From positions 74,054 to 138,053 of the forward strand of contig JBBDYJ010000035.1 in assembly GCA_040901675.1 (NCBI GenBank): a DNA stretch of 64,000 bases. Direction: 5' to 3'. The position numbers and the translations under genes were made by a program. Positions 54,334 through 64,000 of this stretch are shown in pieces. This DNA comes from Pirellulales bacterium. GTDB taxonomy: Bacteria; Planctomycetota; Planctomycetia; Pirellulales; JAICIG01. Each line of letters starts with the position of its first letter. Positions within the stretch are counted from its first letter, which is position 1. Below the pieces are notes generated by a model. The model was not told the origin of the DNA, did not search any database, and worked only from the letters and a program-made list of their open reading frames with translations.

Positions 54334-56283
54334 ATGCCTTTGCGTCCCGCCGCCAGCCGCGAGCGTTTTCAAGAATACCGCCAGGATCTTAAGCGCCGGC
54401 GCAGCCAGGCGGCGCCCCACACCGAGCCCGGCACCAACGGGCAGCCGGAAACGCCAAGGCCGGCGCATCGCTCGTTCTGGAGGCTGCTGGTCGAGTTCTG
54501 GAAGCTGCTCGGCGGCCATCGCGGGCTGGTCGCTTTCTCGCTGGCGACGCTCGGCGTTTCAACGCTGCTGAAGCTGCTGCCGCCCGCCGCCACCAAGATC
54601 ACGATCGACTACGTGCTGGCGGCCCAGCCGATCGAGAGCGTCTGGGCCGAGCGGCTGAACCTGCCCGACGATCGCGGCCGCTTGCTGCTCTTGTTGGCGG
54701 CGGCCGTGTTGGCCATTTCGTTCGTCTCGACGGCGGTTCACCTCTGGGGCCGCTGGCACGCCACGCGGGCCACCAAGCGGGTGCAGGCCGCGGTCCGCCG
54801 CAAAGTTTTCGACCACGCGGTGCGGTTGCCGCTGCACCGGGTCTACCAGCTCAAGTCGGGCGGTCTGACCAGCATGCTCCGCGAAGACGCCGGCGGCGTG
54901 GCCGAGCTGATCTTCAGCATGCTTTACAATCCCTGGCGGGCGATCATCCAGCTTACCGGCAGCATGGCCGTGCTGGCCTGGGTCGACTGGCGGCTGCTGT
55001 TGGGCTCGCTCGTGCTGTTGCCGTCGGTGTTCTTAAGCCACCGCACCTGGATCAGCCGCATTCGCCCGCTGCACCGCGACATCCGCCGGCAGCGGCAGGA
55101 CATCGACAGCCACGCCACCGAGGCCTTTGGCGGAATGCGGGTGGTGCGCGCTTTCAGCCGGCAGCGGAGCGAGACGGGCCGCTTCACCCGCGCCAACCAC
55201 CTGATGGCCCGGCAGGAGCTGCACGCCTGGTGGTGGGCGCGGGGCGTGGAGATCGTCTGGGAGATCCTGATCCCGCTGGCCTCGGCCGCGCTGCTGCTCT
55301 ACGGCGGCTGGCAGGTGTTGTCTGGAAACCTGTCGCTGGGCGACCTGATGATGTTTCTCGTTTACCTGACGATGCTGCTGGGTCCCCTGGCCACGCTGGC
55401 CGAGAGCGCCACTTCGCTGCAGAGCGGGCTGGCCGGCTTGGACCGCGTGCTGGACCTGCTCGGCGAGCCGACCGAGATGCCGCGCGTGCCCGGTTCGATT
55501 TCGGTCGACCCGGCCCGCGCGGCGGGCCGCGTCCGCTTCGACGGCGTGAGCTTCCGTTATCCGGGTTCGGACGAACTGGTGCTCAACGAGATCGATCTCG
55601 ACGTCGAGCCGGGACAGATGATCGCCCTGGTCGGCCCCAGCGGCGCGGGCAAAACGACGCTCTGCAACCTGGTCGCCCGTTTCTACGACCCGACCGAAGG
55701 CAGCATCGAGCTGGACGGCATCGACTTGCGCAAGATCGACGTGGAAAGTTACCGGCGGCTGCTGGGCATCGTCGAGCAGGATATCTTCCTGTTCGACGGC
55801 ACCGTGGCCGAAAACATCGGCTATGCCCTGCGAGGGGCCGATCCGGCCGACATCGAGCAGGCGGCCCGCGTGGCCCACGCTCACGAGTTCATCGCCGCCC
55901 TGCCGCTTGGCTACGAGACGTTGATCGGCGAGCGCGGCGTGCGGCTGAGCGGCGGGCAGCGGCAGCGGCTGGCGATCGCCCGCGCCGTGCTGGCCAATCC
56001 TCGGCTGCTGATCCTCGACGAGGCCACCAGCAACCTCGACACGGCCAGCGAGCGGCTGATTCAAGACAGCCTGCAGACGCTGATGCGCGGCCGGACCAGT
56101 TTCGTGATCGCCCACCGGCTGAGTACGATCACGCACGCGGACCGGATCGTGGTGGTTGAGGCGGGACGCATCGTCGAAACGGGCACGCATCGCCAGTTGC
56201 TAGCTTCCAGCGGCCGGTACGAGCAGATGGTCCGCCAGCAAATGGGCCTGGCTGGTCCGGTTGCGGCCAACGGCGATCCATAG
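54334..56283 (+). CDS. ABC exporter (fused TMD and NBD, MsbA-like)
   Basis: GPSGAGKTT, LSGGQRQR, ILDEATS, IAHRLST; TATAAT at about 54254. Confidence 0.95.
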   Translation: MPLRPAASRERFQEYRQDLKRRRSQAAPHTEPGTNGQPETPRPAHRSFWRLLVEFWKLLGGHRGLVAFSLATLGVSTLLKLLPPAATKITIDYVLAAQPIESVWAERLNLPDDRGRLLLLLAAAVLAISFVSTAVHLWGRWHATRATKRVQAAVRRKVFDHAVRLPLHRVYQLKSGGLTSMLREDAGGVAELIFSMLYNPWRAIIQLTGSMAVLAWVDWRLLLGSLVLLPSVFLSHRTWISRIRPLHRDIRRQRQDIDSHATEAFGGMRVVRAFSRQRSETGRFTRANHLMARQELHAWWWARGVEIVWEILIPLASAALLLYGGWQVLSGNLSLGDLMMFLVYLTMLLGPLATLAESATSLQSGLAGLDRVLDLLGEPTEMPRVPGSISVDPARAAGRVRFDGVSFRYPGSDELVLNEIDLDVEPGQMIALVGPSGAGKTTLCNLVARFYDPTEGSIELDGIDLRKIDVESYRRLLGIVEQDIFLFDGTVAENIGYALRGADPADIEQAARVAHAHEFIAALPLGYETLIGERGVRLSGGQRQRLAIARAVLANPRLLILDEATSNLDTASERLIQDSLQTLMRGRTSFVIAHRLSTITHADRIVVVEAGRIVETGTHRQLLASSGRYEQMVRQQMGLAGPVAANGDP

Positions 56284-56299
56284 CCTTCAGCCTTCATGT

Positions 56300-56361
56300 C
56301 CGTGCTGCAAGTCCGCCTCCGGAGGACTGAAGGTCCGCCTCTGGTGGGCTGCAAGTCCGCC
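56300..56361. repeat. REP-like CTGCAAGTCCGCC cluster between convergent genes
   Basis: Two CTGCAAGTCCGCC units plus GTCCGCCTCCGGAGGAC. Confidence 0.75.
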
Positions 56362-56381
56362 GAAGCTAGGATCCACTATCC

Positions 56382-59300
56382 TTACCGGGCGCGCAGCGCC
56401 GGCTGGCGGGTGAGGGCCGGCGTCGATGGCGGCGAAGCGAGATAGGCGAACAGGTCGGCAATCTCCGCCAGCGTGAGTGTGTTCAACAGCCCCTCGGGCA
56501 TGGCCGACTTCTGGCTGGGCACGATCTGCTCGACTTCGGCGTTCTTGAGCGCGGTTTTCTCGCCGTTGGGCCCAAGCACGACCAGCATGTCCTTGCCCAC
56601 GGGTGCCACGATGCCGGTGTACGTGAGGCCTTGGCGGGTGGTCACGGACTTGCTGGCATATTGATCGGAGATCACGTGCGAGGGGAAGACGATCGATTCG
56701 AGGATTTCCTTGCGCTGAAACCGCTGGCTCACCGTCGACAAGTCGGGCCCGACCGGCTCGCCGCGGCTGCCGTAACGGTGGCATTTGATGCACTGCGCTT
56801 TGACAAACGTCTCGGCGCCGCGGCGCGGATCGGCCTGCGAAGCCTCGTCGCTCGACAGAAAGCCCAGCAGCTCCTCGTAGCTCCACTGGGCCCCCGGATC
56901 TTCGACCGGCAGCGTGGCCGCCGGCTCGTCCGGATATTGCTCGACGAACCACTGCTGCCAGGCGGCCAGGGCCTGGTCCCAGCGGTCCTTCGGTTTTCCG
57001 ACGGTTTCGCCGGTCCATTTTGCCAGCAGTCGGATGGCCAGCGGCGCGCCCTGCTCTTTCAGCTTCAAGCCGGCCAGAATCACTTGCCGCACCGGCTCCG
57101 GCTCGCGGGGCGACCCTTCGACGCGGGCGAGCTGCGTGATCACTTCGCGGGCGGCCGCTCCTTCCACGATCGAGAGCGAACGCAGCAGCACCGGCCAGTT
57201 CTCGCCTTGGGGCGCCTGGGCCAGTCCCATGGCAAGTTCCTCGCGCCGTTCGGGGCTCCTTTCGTAGGCCTCCCGCAGGTGGGCCATCGCCTTCGAGTCG
57301 GTGCTGCGCCCCAATACGGCCACGACCCCGGTGGCCAGGCGAATGGCCGCCGGGTCGGTCATCTCCTCCAACTGTCCGTCCAGCTCGATCAGCCGGCGGA
57401 TCACATCGTCGCCGGGATGCTCCGGGAGCGAAACCAGAACGAACAGCGCGGCGGTTGGCCACTCGGCGGCCTTGTCCAGCACCAGCGACCGCTCTACTTC
57501 GCTGAACGAAGCGATGAAGTCGCGCGAGACGTTGTCGATATACCCTGAAAAGCTGTGGCCGCCCGGCAGGGCCCGTGCTTTCTCGTAGAAGTCGACCAGC
57601 GCCAACTTCTGCTGGCTGGTCCAGCCCTCGGTGAGAAAGCGGGCGTGCAGGCCGACGTGCAGCTTCTCCTCGATGGGCGCGGCGCCGGCGAGCGTTTCCA
57701 AGAAGCGGGGGATGACGCTCGGCTGCTGCAGGTAAACCAGCAACCGCACCAGCTCGCGGTTGATCCGCTGCTCGCGGCCCGGCGGCTCGTTGGCCGGATA
57801 CTCGTCGGCCAACTGCCGGCAGAGGTCGGGCACGTTCTCGCGCGTCAATTCACCGCGTTTCAAAGCCAGTTCCAAGACGCGCAGCAGATCGACGAAGTCG
57901 TCGTCCCTCATGTATCCGCGCATCAGGGCGCTGGCCCGCGTGATGACGGCGTCGATCGTCTTGGCATCCGGGTCGAGGACCAACAGGCCCGTCGCCCCCA
58001 CCAGGAACACCCGGTGGTTCTCGGCCTCCAAGACGGCCGGCTCCCACCGCTGGGTGGGCAGGCTTTCCAATGCCCGGCGGGCCGCCCACGACACGTATGG
58101 ATTCGGATCGGCCAGCAGGCGGATCAGCGGTTCGGCCGGGGGCTTGTAGCCGCCGCGGACCAGCGATTCGCAGGCCACGCGGCGGACCGTGGCATCGGCG
58201 TCGGTGAGCATCTCGACCAGCCGCTCGCCCGCCGGCTTGCCGGTGTGCAGCGCCATCAGCGAGGCCGCTTTCGACCGCAGCTCCGCGTTGGTCTCGCGCG
58301 AGACGCGGACCAGCATCTGCGTGGTCGGAAACGGACCGACAAGCTGCATCAAGTCCAAGGCCCGCGTCCGGTCGTTGATCGAGTAGGCCGAGTTGTCGAC
58401 CACCGCCGCCAGTTGGCGGTCCCACTCGCCGCCGAGCGACTGTTGGATGGCGGCCACGTGCTGCCTGGCAAAGGCACTGTGCAACTGCGGTTGGCGGATG
58501 GCCTCCAGCACGCCTTCGATCTTGGGCCGCGGCGGCACGCCGCCGGTCCATACCACGCGGTAGATGCCTCCCTGCGTGCCCCGGCCGCCGGTGCAGAAAT
58601 AGAGCCAGCCGTCGGGTCCCACGGCAATGTCGGTGGCGTTGAGCGGGCGTCCTTCGAGGAATACTTCGGCCTGGCCCGCGTACGTGCCGCCGGCCGGCTG
58701 CAGCCGCATGGCCAGGATCCGGCCCTGCGACCAATCGCAGGCGAACATGGCGTTGTGATAGCGAACCGGGAAGCGGAAGTGGTTGTAGAACTCGACGCCG
58801 GTGGGCGACCCCCGGCCGGTATCCAGCGTCGACGGGAGGCTGTCGACATAGTAGGGCGGCCAGACGGCCCAGCCGCTGCGCCAGCCATACTCGCCGCCGG
58901 CCACGATATGGTTGATCCGCGTGGGCCGGTACCAGGGCTGGCCCACGTCCCACTCCATGTCCGAGTCGTAGGTGAACAGGTCGCCTTGGCGGTTGAAGGC
59001 GATGTCGTAGGCGTTGCGGAAGCCGCCGGCAAAGATCTGGACGAAGTCGCCTTCGGTGTTGGTCCGCACGACGGTGCCCCCGGGCGCCTTGAGCCCCGCC
59101 GCATGGCCGTTGGCGTCCTCGTAGCGCGGCCCGACCAGGTCGCCTTCATAGAAATGATGGTGCGGGCTCTCCGCCGCCGGCTCGACGCTGATCTGCGCAT
59201 GGTTGCCCACCATCATGTAGATCAGCCCGTCGGGACCCAGCACCGGCACGTGCGCGCCATGCTCGCCCATCGCCCCGTCGAACTTCACCAGCATGGTTGC

Positions 59301-60215
59301 CGTTTCGGCAACGTCGTCGGCATCCTCGTCGGAGAGGCGGTAAAGCGCCGGGCCTTCCGCCCCCTCGCCGATCGCGAACACCTCCCCGTTGAGGGCCAGG
59401 ATTCCCTGGCAGTTCTTGACGATGTCGCAGTACGTGCTGACCGTCTCCACCACTCCGTCGCGATCCTCGTCGATGATGGCGATCAGCGCGCCGCCTTCCC
59501 TGGAGGCGATGATGTCGCCCCATTCGTTGAAGGCCATGGCCACCAGCGAGCCGGTCTGTTCCGGGCTGACGACTTGCTCGACCCGGAACTCGGCCGGCAG
59601 AATGAAGCGGCCCGCGCCCCCGCCGTCGCCCGCGACCTGGTTGGTCCAGGGGGGCGTCGATCCGAAGGGCCCGAAGCTGCGCGCCGGGATCCACTGCGAA
59701 TCGTCGAACTGGATGGTCTCCCAGCCGGGCGATTGCTTCAGGCTGGTCTTCCAGCTTGTATCGCTGACTTGGGCTATTTCGCCCCCTGCCGGCCCTGCCA
59801 GCTTGATCCGGACCGCGAGGCCGGCTGAAGCGCCCGTTTTATTGGCCGCCTTGACGGCGATCACGTTGCGGCCGCTCTGCAGGTATGGCACTAGCTCGTA
59901 GGTGGTCATCCGCCGCCAATCGTCGCCGGACGCCATCTGGCGGCCATTCACGTACAGCTCGTAGGCGTCGTCGCAGGCGATTTGGATGTGGCCCCGCTCG
60001 CTCCCCTTGAGCACCAGCGAGTGCCTGAAAAAGCAGGCGCCGGCCGGCACCAGGTCCTTGGTATGGGCCGGCGACCAGATCCATTGAGCTTCGGGGGCCG
60101 GGGCCGGGGCCGGGCCGGCCGCGTTTTGTGCCGGGGCATCGAGCAATCGCAGGACCAGGCAGGCCGAGAGCGTCGACGCCAGCAACATCAGCCGGCGACA
60201 GCATCGCAGGTTCAT
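56382..60215 (-). CDS. PVC-type membrane-bound dehydrogenase/heme-binding protein (beta-propeller, HEAT, cytochrome c)
   Basis: GFRNAYDIAF, DSDMEWD, HEAT repeats, CIKCH...GPDLS...SAMPEGL; N-terminal ACDDAYELYVNG sugar-binding-like module. Confidence 0.93.
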   Translation of the reverse strand: MNLRCCRRLMLLASTLSACLVLRLLDAPAQNAAGPAPAPAPEAQWIWSPAHTKDLVPAGACFFRHSLVLKGSERGHIQIACDDAYELYVNGRQMASGDDWRRMTTYELVPYLQSGRNVIAVKAANKTGASAGLAVRIKLAGPAGGEIAQVSDTSWKTSLKQSPGWETIQFDDSQWIPARSFGPFGSTPPWTNQVAGDGGGAGRFILPAEFRVEQVVSPEQTGSLVAMAFNEWGDIIASREGGALIAIIDEDRDGVVETVSTYCDIVKNCQGILALNGEVFAIGEGAEGPALYRLSDEDADDVAETATMLVKFDGAMGEHGAHVPVLGPDGLIYMMVGNHAQISVEPAAESPHHHFYEGDLVGPRYEDANGHAAGLKAPGGTVVRTNTEGDFVQIFAGGFRNAYDIAFNRQGDLFTYDSDMEWDVGQPWYRPTRINHIVAGGEYGWRSGWAVWPPYYVDSLPSTLDTGRGSPTGVEFYNHFRFPVRYHNAMFACDWSQGRILAMRLQPAGGTYAGQAEVFLEGRPLNATDIAVGPDGWLYFCTGGRGTQGGIYRVVWTGGVPPRPKIEGVLEAIRQPQLHSAFARQHVAAIQQSLGGEWDRQLAAVVDNSAYSINDRTRALDLMQLVGPFPTTQMLVRVSRETNAELRSKAASLMALHTGKPAGERLVEMLTDADATVRRVACESLVRGGYKPPAEPLIRLLADPNPYVSWAARRALESLPTQRWEPAVLEAENHRVFLVGATGLLVLDPDAKTIDAVITRASALMRGYMRDDDFVDLLRVLELALKRGELTRENVPDLCRQLADEYPANEPPGREQRINRELVRLLVYLQQPSVIPRFLETLAGAAPIEEKLHVGLHARFLTEGWTSQQKLALVDFYEKARALPGGHSFSGYIDNVSRDFIASFSEVERSLVLDKAAEWPTAALFVLVSLPEHPGDDVIRRLIELDGQLEEMTDPAAIRLATGVVAVLGRSTDSKAMAHLREAYERSPERREELAMGLAQAPQGENWPVLLRSLSIVEGAAAREVITQLARVEGSPREPEPVRQVILAGLKLKEQGAPLAIRLLAKWTGETVGKPKDRWDQALAAWQQWFVEQYPDEPAATLPVEDPGAQWSYEELLGFLSSDEASQADPRRGAETFVKAQCIKCHRYGSRGEPVGPDLSTVSQRFQRKEILESIVFPSHVISDQYASKSVTTRQGLTYTGIVAPVGKDMLVVLGPNGEKTALKNAEVEQIVPSQKSAMPEGLLNTLTLAEIADLFAYLASPPSTPALTRQPALRAR

Positions 60216-60622
60216 GGGACTTTGGCTCGCTGGAAATGGAAACGAGGCGGCTTTCCCGAGCGAATGCGGGCGGGATAAGGTAGCGAGATTGCCCGGCCGG
60301 GGCAACACCGATCCGCCCGGCCGGATGTGCCCGCCAGCCGCCGAACAGCGACCAGATCCACGTGTTCGGCCCACACCCACCCCTTTTTTGGCGCCGCCGC
60401 CTCTCAGGGCCCCTGGGGAGGGCTGTCCGTCTTCGTAACGCGGAGGCGGTTCCAGGGGGCGTTTTGGCCAGGGGCACTGCCATCGAAAGGCATCGCGAAG
60501 AACCGACCAGACGACGAGGAACTGCTCGGCTTCCGCGCCGAGGCGGAGGAACTGATGGGCATCGGCGAGGGGGCAGACTCCGGGGGTGAACGATGGGCCC
60601 AGAGCTCCGAACGGGAGGAAAA

Positions 60623-60949
60623 TTAATGCACGCGCAGCGATTGTTCGGTAATGAGGATTTCGAGCTGGTCGAACTCGCGCAGCAGGTCGCGTTTGAGCTG
60701 CGCGATGAACCGCGTGCTGCCCTGACGGCGGAAATCCAGCACGGTCATGAAGATGACCTCATCGAGGTAGAGCCGGCTCTCGCCGTGCCAGATGCCGCGC
60801 AGCGGGAACTCGCGCTGTTGAGAGGTCAGGCCGCCGAACCGGGCCACCAACCGCCGCTCCACCGCGTCAAAGAGCGCCTCGGCGATGGCTCGGCCGGCGT
60901 TGTCAGCCAAGGGGAGATAGAGGTCGTAGCGCCTGGCCGCCCTAGCCAT
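60623..60949 (-). CDS. Small hypothetical protein (possible ferredoxin/PII-like fold)
   Basis: RYDLYLPL...FGGLT...GIW...LKRDLLREFDQLEILIT. Confidence 0.7.
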   Translation of the reverse strand: MARAARRYDLYLPLADNAGRAIAEALFDAVERRLVARFGGLTSQQREFPLRGIWHGESRLYLDEVIFMTVLDFRRQGSTRFIAQLKRDLLREFDQLEILITEQSLRVH

Positions 60950-61142
60950 GATCGCGCCCCGCGCGCCGACCGTCGGCCGCCGCGACGACCTCGAAGGGCA
61001 ATTTCTTGCGGCGCAGCAACCGAATCTGCCGCTCGCTCACCAGGTAGACCGGTTCCTGACTGATTCGGGAGATCGGCCCGGAGGCGACCAGGACGCGCCA
61101 GACTTTGCCCCACTGTTCAGATGGAATCCGGATGGCCCGCAT
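60942..61142 (-). CDS. Small basic hypothetical protein
   Basis: 66 aa, 8-bp overlap with the downstream gene. Confidence 0.6.
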   Translation of the reverse strand: MRAIRIPSEQWGKVWRVLVASGPISRISQEPVYLVSERQIRLLRRKKLPFEVVAAADGRRAGRDHG

Positions 61143-61435
61143 CGCTCAGAATCCTTGGCCGAAAGCGTGAACATTGTGACTTCTCACCAGTGTATCTGGA
61201 AAAGCGAAAAGCGGAAACCGCACTGCTGCGCATTGATGAGAGAGCCGGCGGTGCTGACCGTCCCGTACGCGCGACGCGATTGCCTTTGTGGGCCGGTTGG
61301 TCGGCGACCATGAGACGGCGCTCTGGGTTGTCGATCTGGCCGAGCCGCTGGATTCGCCTTATCGGGTCGGCGCTTTACAATAGTGCTTGGTTGGGAAGTG
61401 GGCAGCGGGGAACGGGGAAGGCAGGGGAACGGGCC

Positions 61436-63346
61436 GTGTCGGTAACCCAAGATCCGAAGCGAACATCCGCCGCGGCGGAATCGAAGACACCGAACCGCAT
61501 CTGGCTCGATGGCTCCGTTCTGGCCTGCGCTTGTCCCGACTGCCAGGCCCTGATGTCGATCAGGCTCTGGCTGATGGTCGCCGACTGCTGGCAGTGCGGC
61601 GCCAGTGTCGAACTGACCCAGGAAGAACAGCAAGAGGCGATTCGACTGCTCGAGGGTGGCCGGCTCCAGGCGGCGGCTGGCGCCAGCGAAACGGATGGCG
61701 GGCAGCGGGTCCGCCCCCAGCCGCCACCGTCGGCGCCTCGCGAACCGAGCCAGCCGGCCCCCGGCTTGCCCTGTTCGCCTCCCGCCACCTGCCATCCGCC
61801 ACCTGCCGCTCATCCGCAACCTGCTACCCGCCAGCCGCCACTGCCCGCCCGGATTGCGGCCGCCCAGAAGCCCAGCCGCGCGAGAGCCAGGCTGGATGCC
61901 ATTCGTGCGCTGGGCGAGACCCGGTTGTGGCTGGCCAACTGGTGGCGCGACCTGCCGTGCTGGTTGACCAGCCTGGTGCTGCACATGCTGCTCATGATCC
62001 TGCTGGGCCTGTGGGCCGTTCCGAGCGGGGGGCCGCCCAGGCCGTTGACGCTGGCGACGCAGGTGAACTCGTTGGACCAGTCGGGCGACGCCGAACGATT
62101 CTTCGAGCCTGATGCCGGGCCCGAGTTCGACGACCCTGGCGCCGTGATGCTCGAGCCGGTCGACGAGGCCGATCCGTTTGCCCGGTCCGAATCGGAAACG
62201 CTGGTGGGAGTTGCTTTGCACCCATCGGGCGACGAGCCCGAACCGCTCCCCAGCGCCTTGTTTCCCAGCGGTCCGGCCGAGCTGCCTGCCATGCTCGTGG
62301 GCCGCGACCCCCGCTTGCGAAGCCACCTGGTCGAGCGTGAAGGCGGCACGATCGAAAGCGAGGCGGCCGTGGCTCGCGGGCTCCAGTGGCTGGCGCGGCA
62401 CCAGGACTACGACGGCAGTTGGGACCTGCGGGGGTTCTGCCTTGCCGGCGACTGCGATCGGCAATGCCGCGACGCGGCGGCCGCAAGCGACAAGGTGTCG
62501 GGCACCGCCCTGGCGTTGTTGCCCTTCCTGGGGGCCGGCCAAACCCACCTCGCCGGCGAGTATCGGGAAGTCGTGGCCGGGGGGCTGGATTGGATGGTCG
62601 ACCGTCAAGAAGAAAGCGGTGGGATGCCGCTCGAAACGCTGGGGCGGATGTACGGCCACGGTCTGGGCGCCATCGTGTTGTGCGAGGCGTATGGGCTGAC
62701 CCGCGATGAACGCTTGCGGGGCCCGGCGCAGCGTGCTCTCGACTTTATCGCGCGGGCCCAGCACCCGCGGGGCGGCTGGCGCTATCGCCCTGGGTCGCCC
62801 GGAGACATGAGCGTCGTGGGCTGGCAGATCATGGCCCTGCGCAGCGGGGAAATGGCCTACCTCGGCATTCCGCCCGACGTGTTTGACAAGGCCGCCGGCT
62901 TTCTCGACACCGTCCAGGTTCGTCCCGACCGCGGGCTGTTCGGGTACTTGCCGGGCAATCAGCCGACGTCGGCCATGACGGCCGAAGGACTGCTATGCCG
63001 GCAATACGCGGGTTGGCGAGCCGACGAGCCGGCGTTGGCCGCGGGCGTCGATTGGCTGATTCAGAACCATCTGCCGGCTCGCGGCCGCGAGGACATTTAC
63101 TACTGGTACTACGGGACGCAGGTCATGCATCACGTGGGCGGGCCGGCTTGGCAGGCATGGAACGAGGCGCTGCGCGACCTTTTGGTCTCGATGCAGGAGA
63201 CCGAGGGACACGAGGCAGGCAGTTGGTCGCCCCGGCGCGGCTTCGACTATGCCGGCGGCCGGCTGTACGTCACTTCGCTGTCGATCTGCACCCTGGAGGT
63301 TTACTACCGGCACATGCCGCTGTACCGGACCGACGCCGTGCAGTGA
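61436..63346 (+). CDS. Prenyltransferase/squalene-cyclase-repeat membrane protein with N-terminal zinc ribbon
   Basis: CPDC...CWQC; SLVLHMLLMILLG TM segment; WLARHQDYDGSW, GGWRY, YYWYYGTQ, LEVYYRHMPLY. Confidence 0.9.
   Translation: MSVTQDPKRTSAAAESKTPNRIWLDGSVLACACPDCQALMSIRLWLMVADCWQCGASVELTQEEQQEAIRLLEGGRLQAAAGASETDGGQRVRPQPPPSAPREPSQPAPGLPCSPPATCHPPPAAHPQPATRQPPLPARIAAAQKPSRARARLDAIRALGETRLWLANWWRDLPCWLTSLVLHMLLMILLGLWAVPSGGPPRPLTLATQVNSLDQSGDAERFFEPDAGPEFDDPGAVMLEPVDEADPFARSESETLVGVALHPSGDEPEPLPSALFPSGPAELPAMLVGRDPRLRSHLVEREGGTIESEAAVARGLQWLARHQDYDGSWDLRGFCLAGDCDRQCRDAAAASDKVSGTALALLPFLGAGQTHLAGEYREVVAGGLDWMVDRQEESGGMPLETLGRMYGHGLGAIVLCEAYGLTRDERLRGPAQRALDFIARAQHPRGGWRYRPGSPGDMSVVGWQIMALRSGEMAYLGIPPDVFDKAAGFLDTVQVRPDRGLFGYLPGNQPTSAMTAEGLLCRQYAGWRADEPALAAGVDWLIQNHLPARGREDIYYWYYGTQVMHHVGGPAWQAWNEALRDLLVSMQETEGHEAGSWSPRRGFDYAGGRLYVTSLSICTLEVYYRHMPLYRTDAVQ
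61781..61840. repeat. Degenerate in-frame heptamer array encoding a Pro-rich linker
   Basis: CCCGCCA CCTGCCA TCCGCCA CCTGCCG... Confidence 0.55.
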
Positions 63347-63348
63347 GC

Positions 63349-64000
63349 TCAGCCAAACAGCTCGCTGACCGCCTGGCCTCCGTCGACGATCTTGATCGGG
63401 CGGCCGATGGGACTCATGTTCTCTTTCGACGGATCGATGCCCAGGCTGTGGTAAAACGAGCAGAACAGGTCCTCGGTCGTAACCGGCCGGTCGGCCACTT
63501 CGGTGCCCGCCTCGTTGGTCCGGCCGATCGTTCGGCCGCCTTGCACCCCGCCCCCGGCGAGCGCCACGCTGAATGCCCGCGGATAATGATCGCGGCCTGT
63601 GCGCGGATTGATCCTCGGCGTGCGGCCGAATTCGCCCATCCAGATCACGAGTGTCTTGTCGAGCATGCCGCGTTGGGCCAGGTCTTCCAGCAGGTACGCG
63701 TAGGGCTGGTCCAACCGGGCCGTCAGGCCGCGTGTGCGGTTGAAGTTGTCGTCGTGCGTGTCCCAGCCGCCCAGGGCGACCTCGACAAAGGTGACACCCG
63801 CCTCGACCAAGCGGCGGGCCAGCAGGCAGCCGGCGCCAAAATCGCCTTCGCCGTAAGCGCCGCGAATGTTTTCCGGCTCGCGGCCGATGTCGAAGGTCTC
63901 CATCCGCGGACTGCGGATCATCCGGGCCGCCTTTTTGTAGAGACCGCGATGCTCGACGATCTCCTGCTCGATGTCGGTTCGCCGGTCGGCCGTCTCCAGC
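63349..64000 (-). CDS. DUF1501 domain protein, 3' part; starts beyond the window
   Basis: CLLARRLVEAGV, GGWDTH, GEFGRTPRIN, GRDHYP. Confidence 0.93.
   Translation of the reverse strand, partial: LETADRRTDIEQEIVEHRGLYKKAARMIRSPRMETFDIGREPENIRGAYGEGDFGAGCLLARRLVEAGVTFVEVALGGWDTHDDNFNRTRGLTARLDQPYAYLLEDLAQRGMLDKTLVIWMGEFGRTPRINPRTGRDHYPRAFSVALAGGGVQGGRTIGRTNEAGTEVADRPVTTEDLFCSFYHSLGIDPSKENMSPIGRPIKIVDGGQAVSELFG

Overview
High-GC chromosomal segment, most likely from a Planctomycetota (Pirellulales-like) bacterium. The evidence is a planctomycete extracellular signal motif (FERLENRRMLA), a PVC-type CxxCH heme protein, DUF1501, a prenyltransferase-repeat protein and a tandem double UvrA. It holds about 45 genes: P450, a WD40/ankyrin protein, CapA, two RND efflux pairs, speA, an ABC exporter, an ExeA/CpsD-like P-loop cluster, and a coupled nitrilase / alpha-beta hydrolase / flavoprotein / radical SAM / metallophosphoesterase operon. 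I saw no rRNA, tRNA, CRISPR array, integrase or transposase. The most unusual structure is non-genic. From about 24 to 62 kb, many gene boundaries carry short 7-10-mer tandem arrays of many different sequences plus several REP-like palindromic families. These occur with exact or synonymously diverged duplications of gene 3' ends (speA, ExeA-like), in-frame insertions at the same homologous site in both UvrA halves, and broken toxin-antitoxin-like modules, which suggests a repeat-bounded cassette gain/loss process (inference). Several single-base frameshifts or deletions may be assembly errors. All family calls come from motif recognition by eye; no searches were run.
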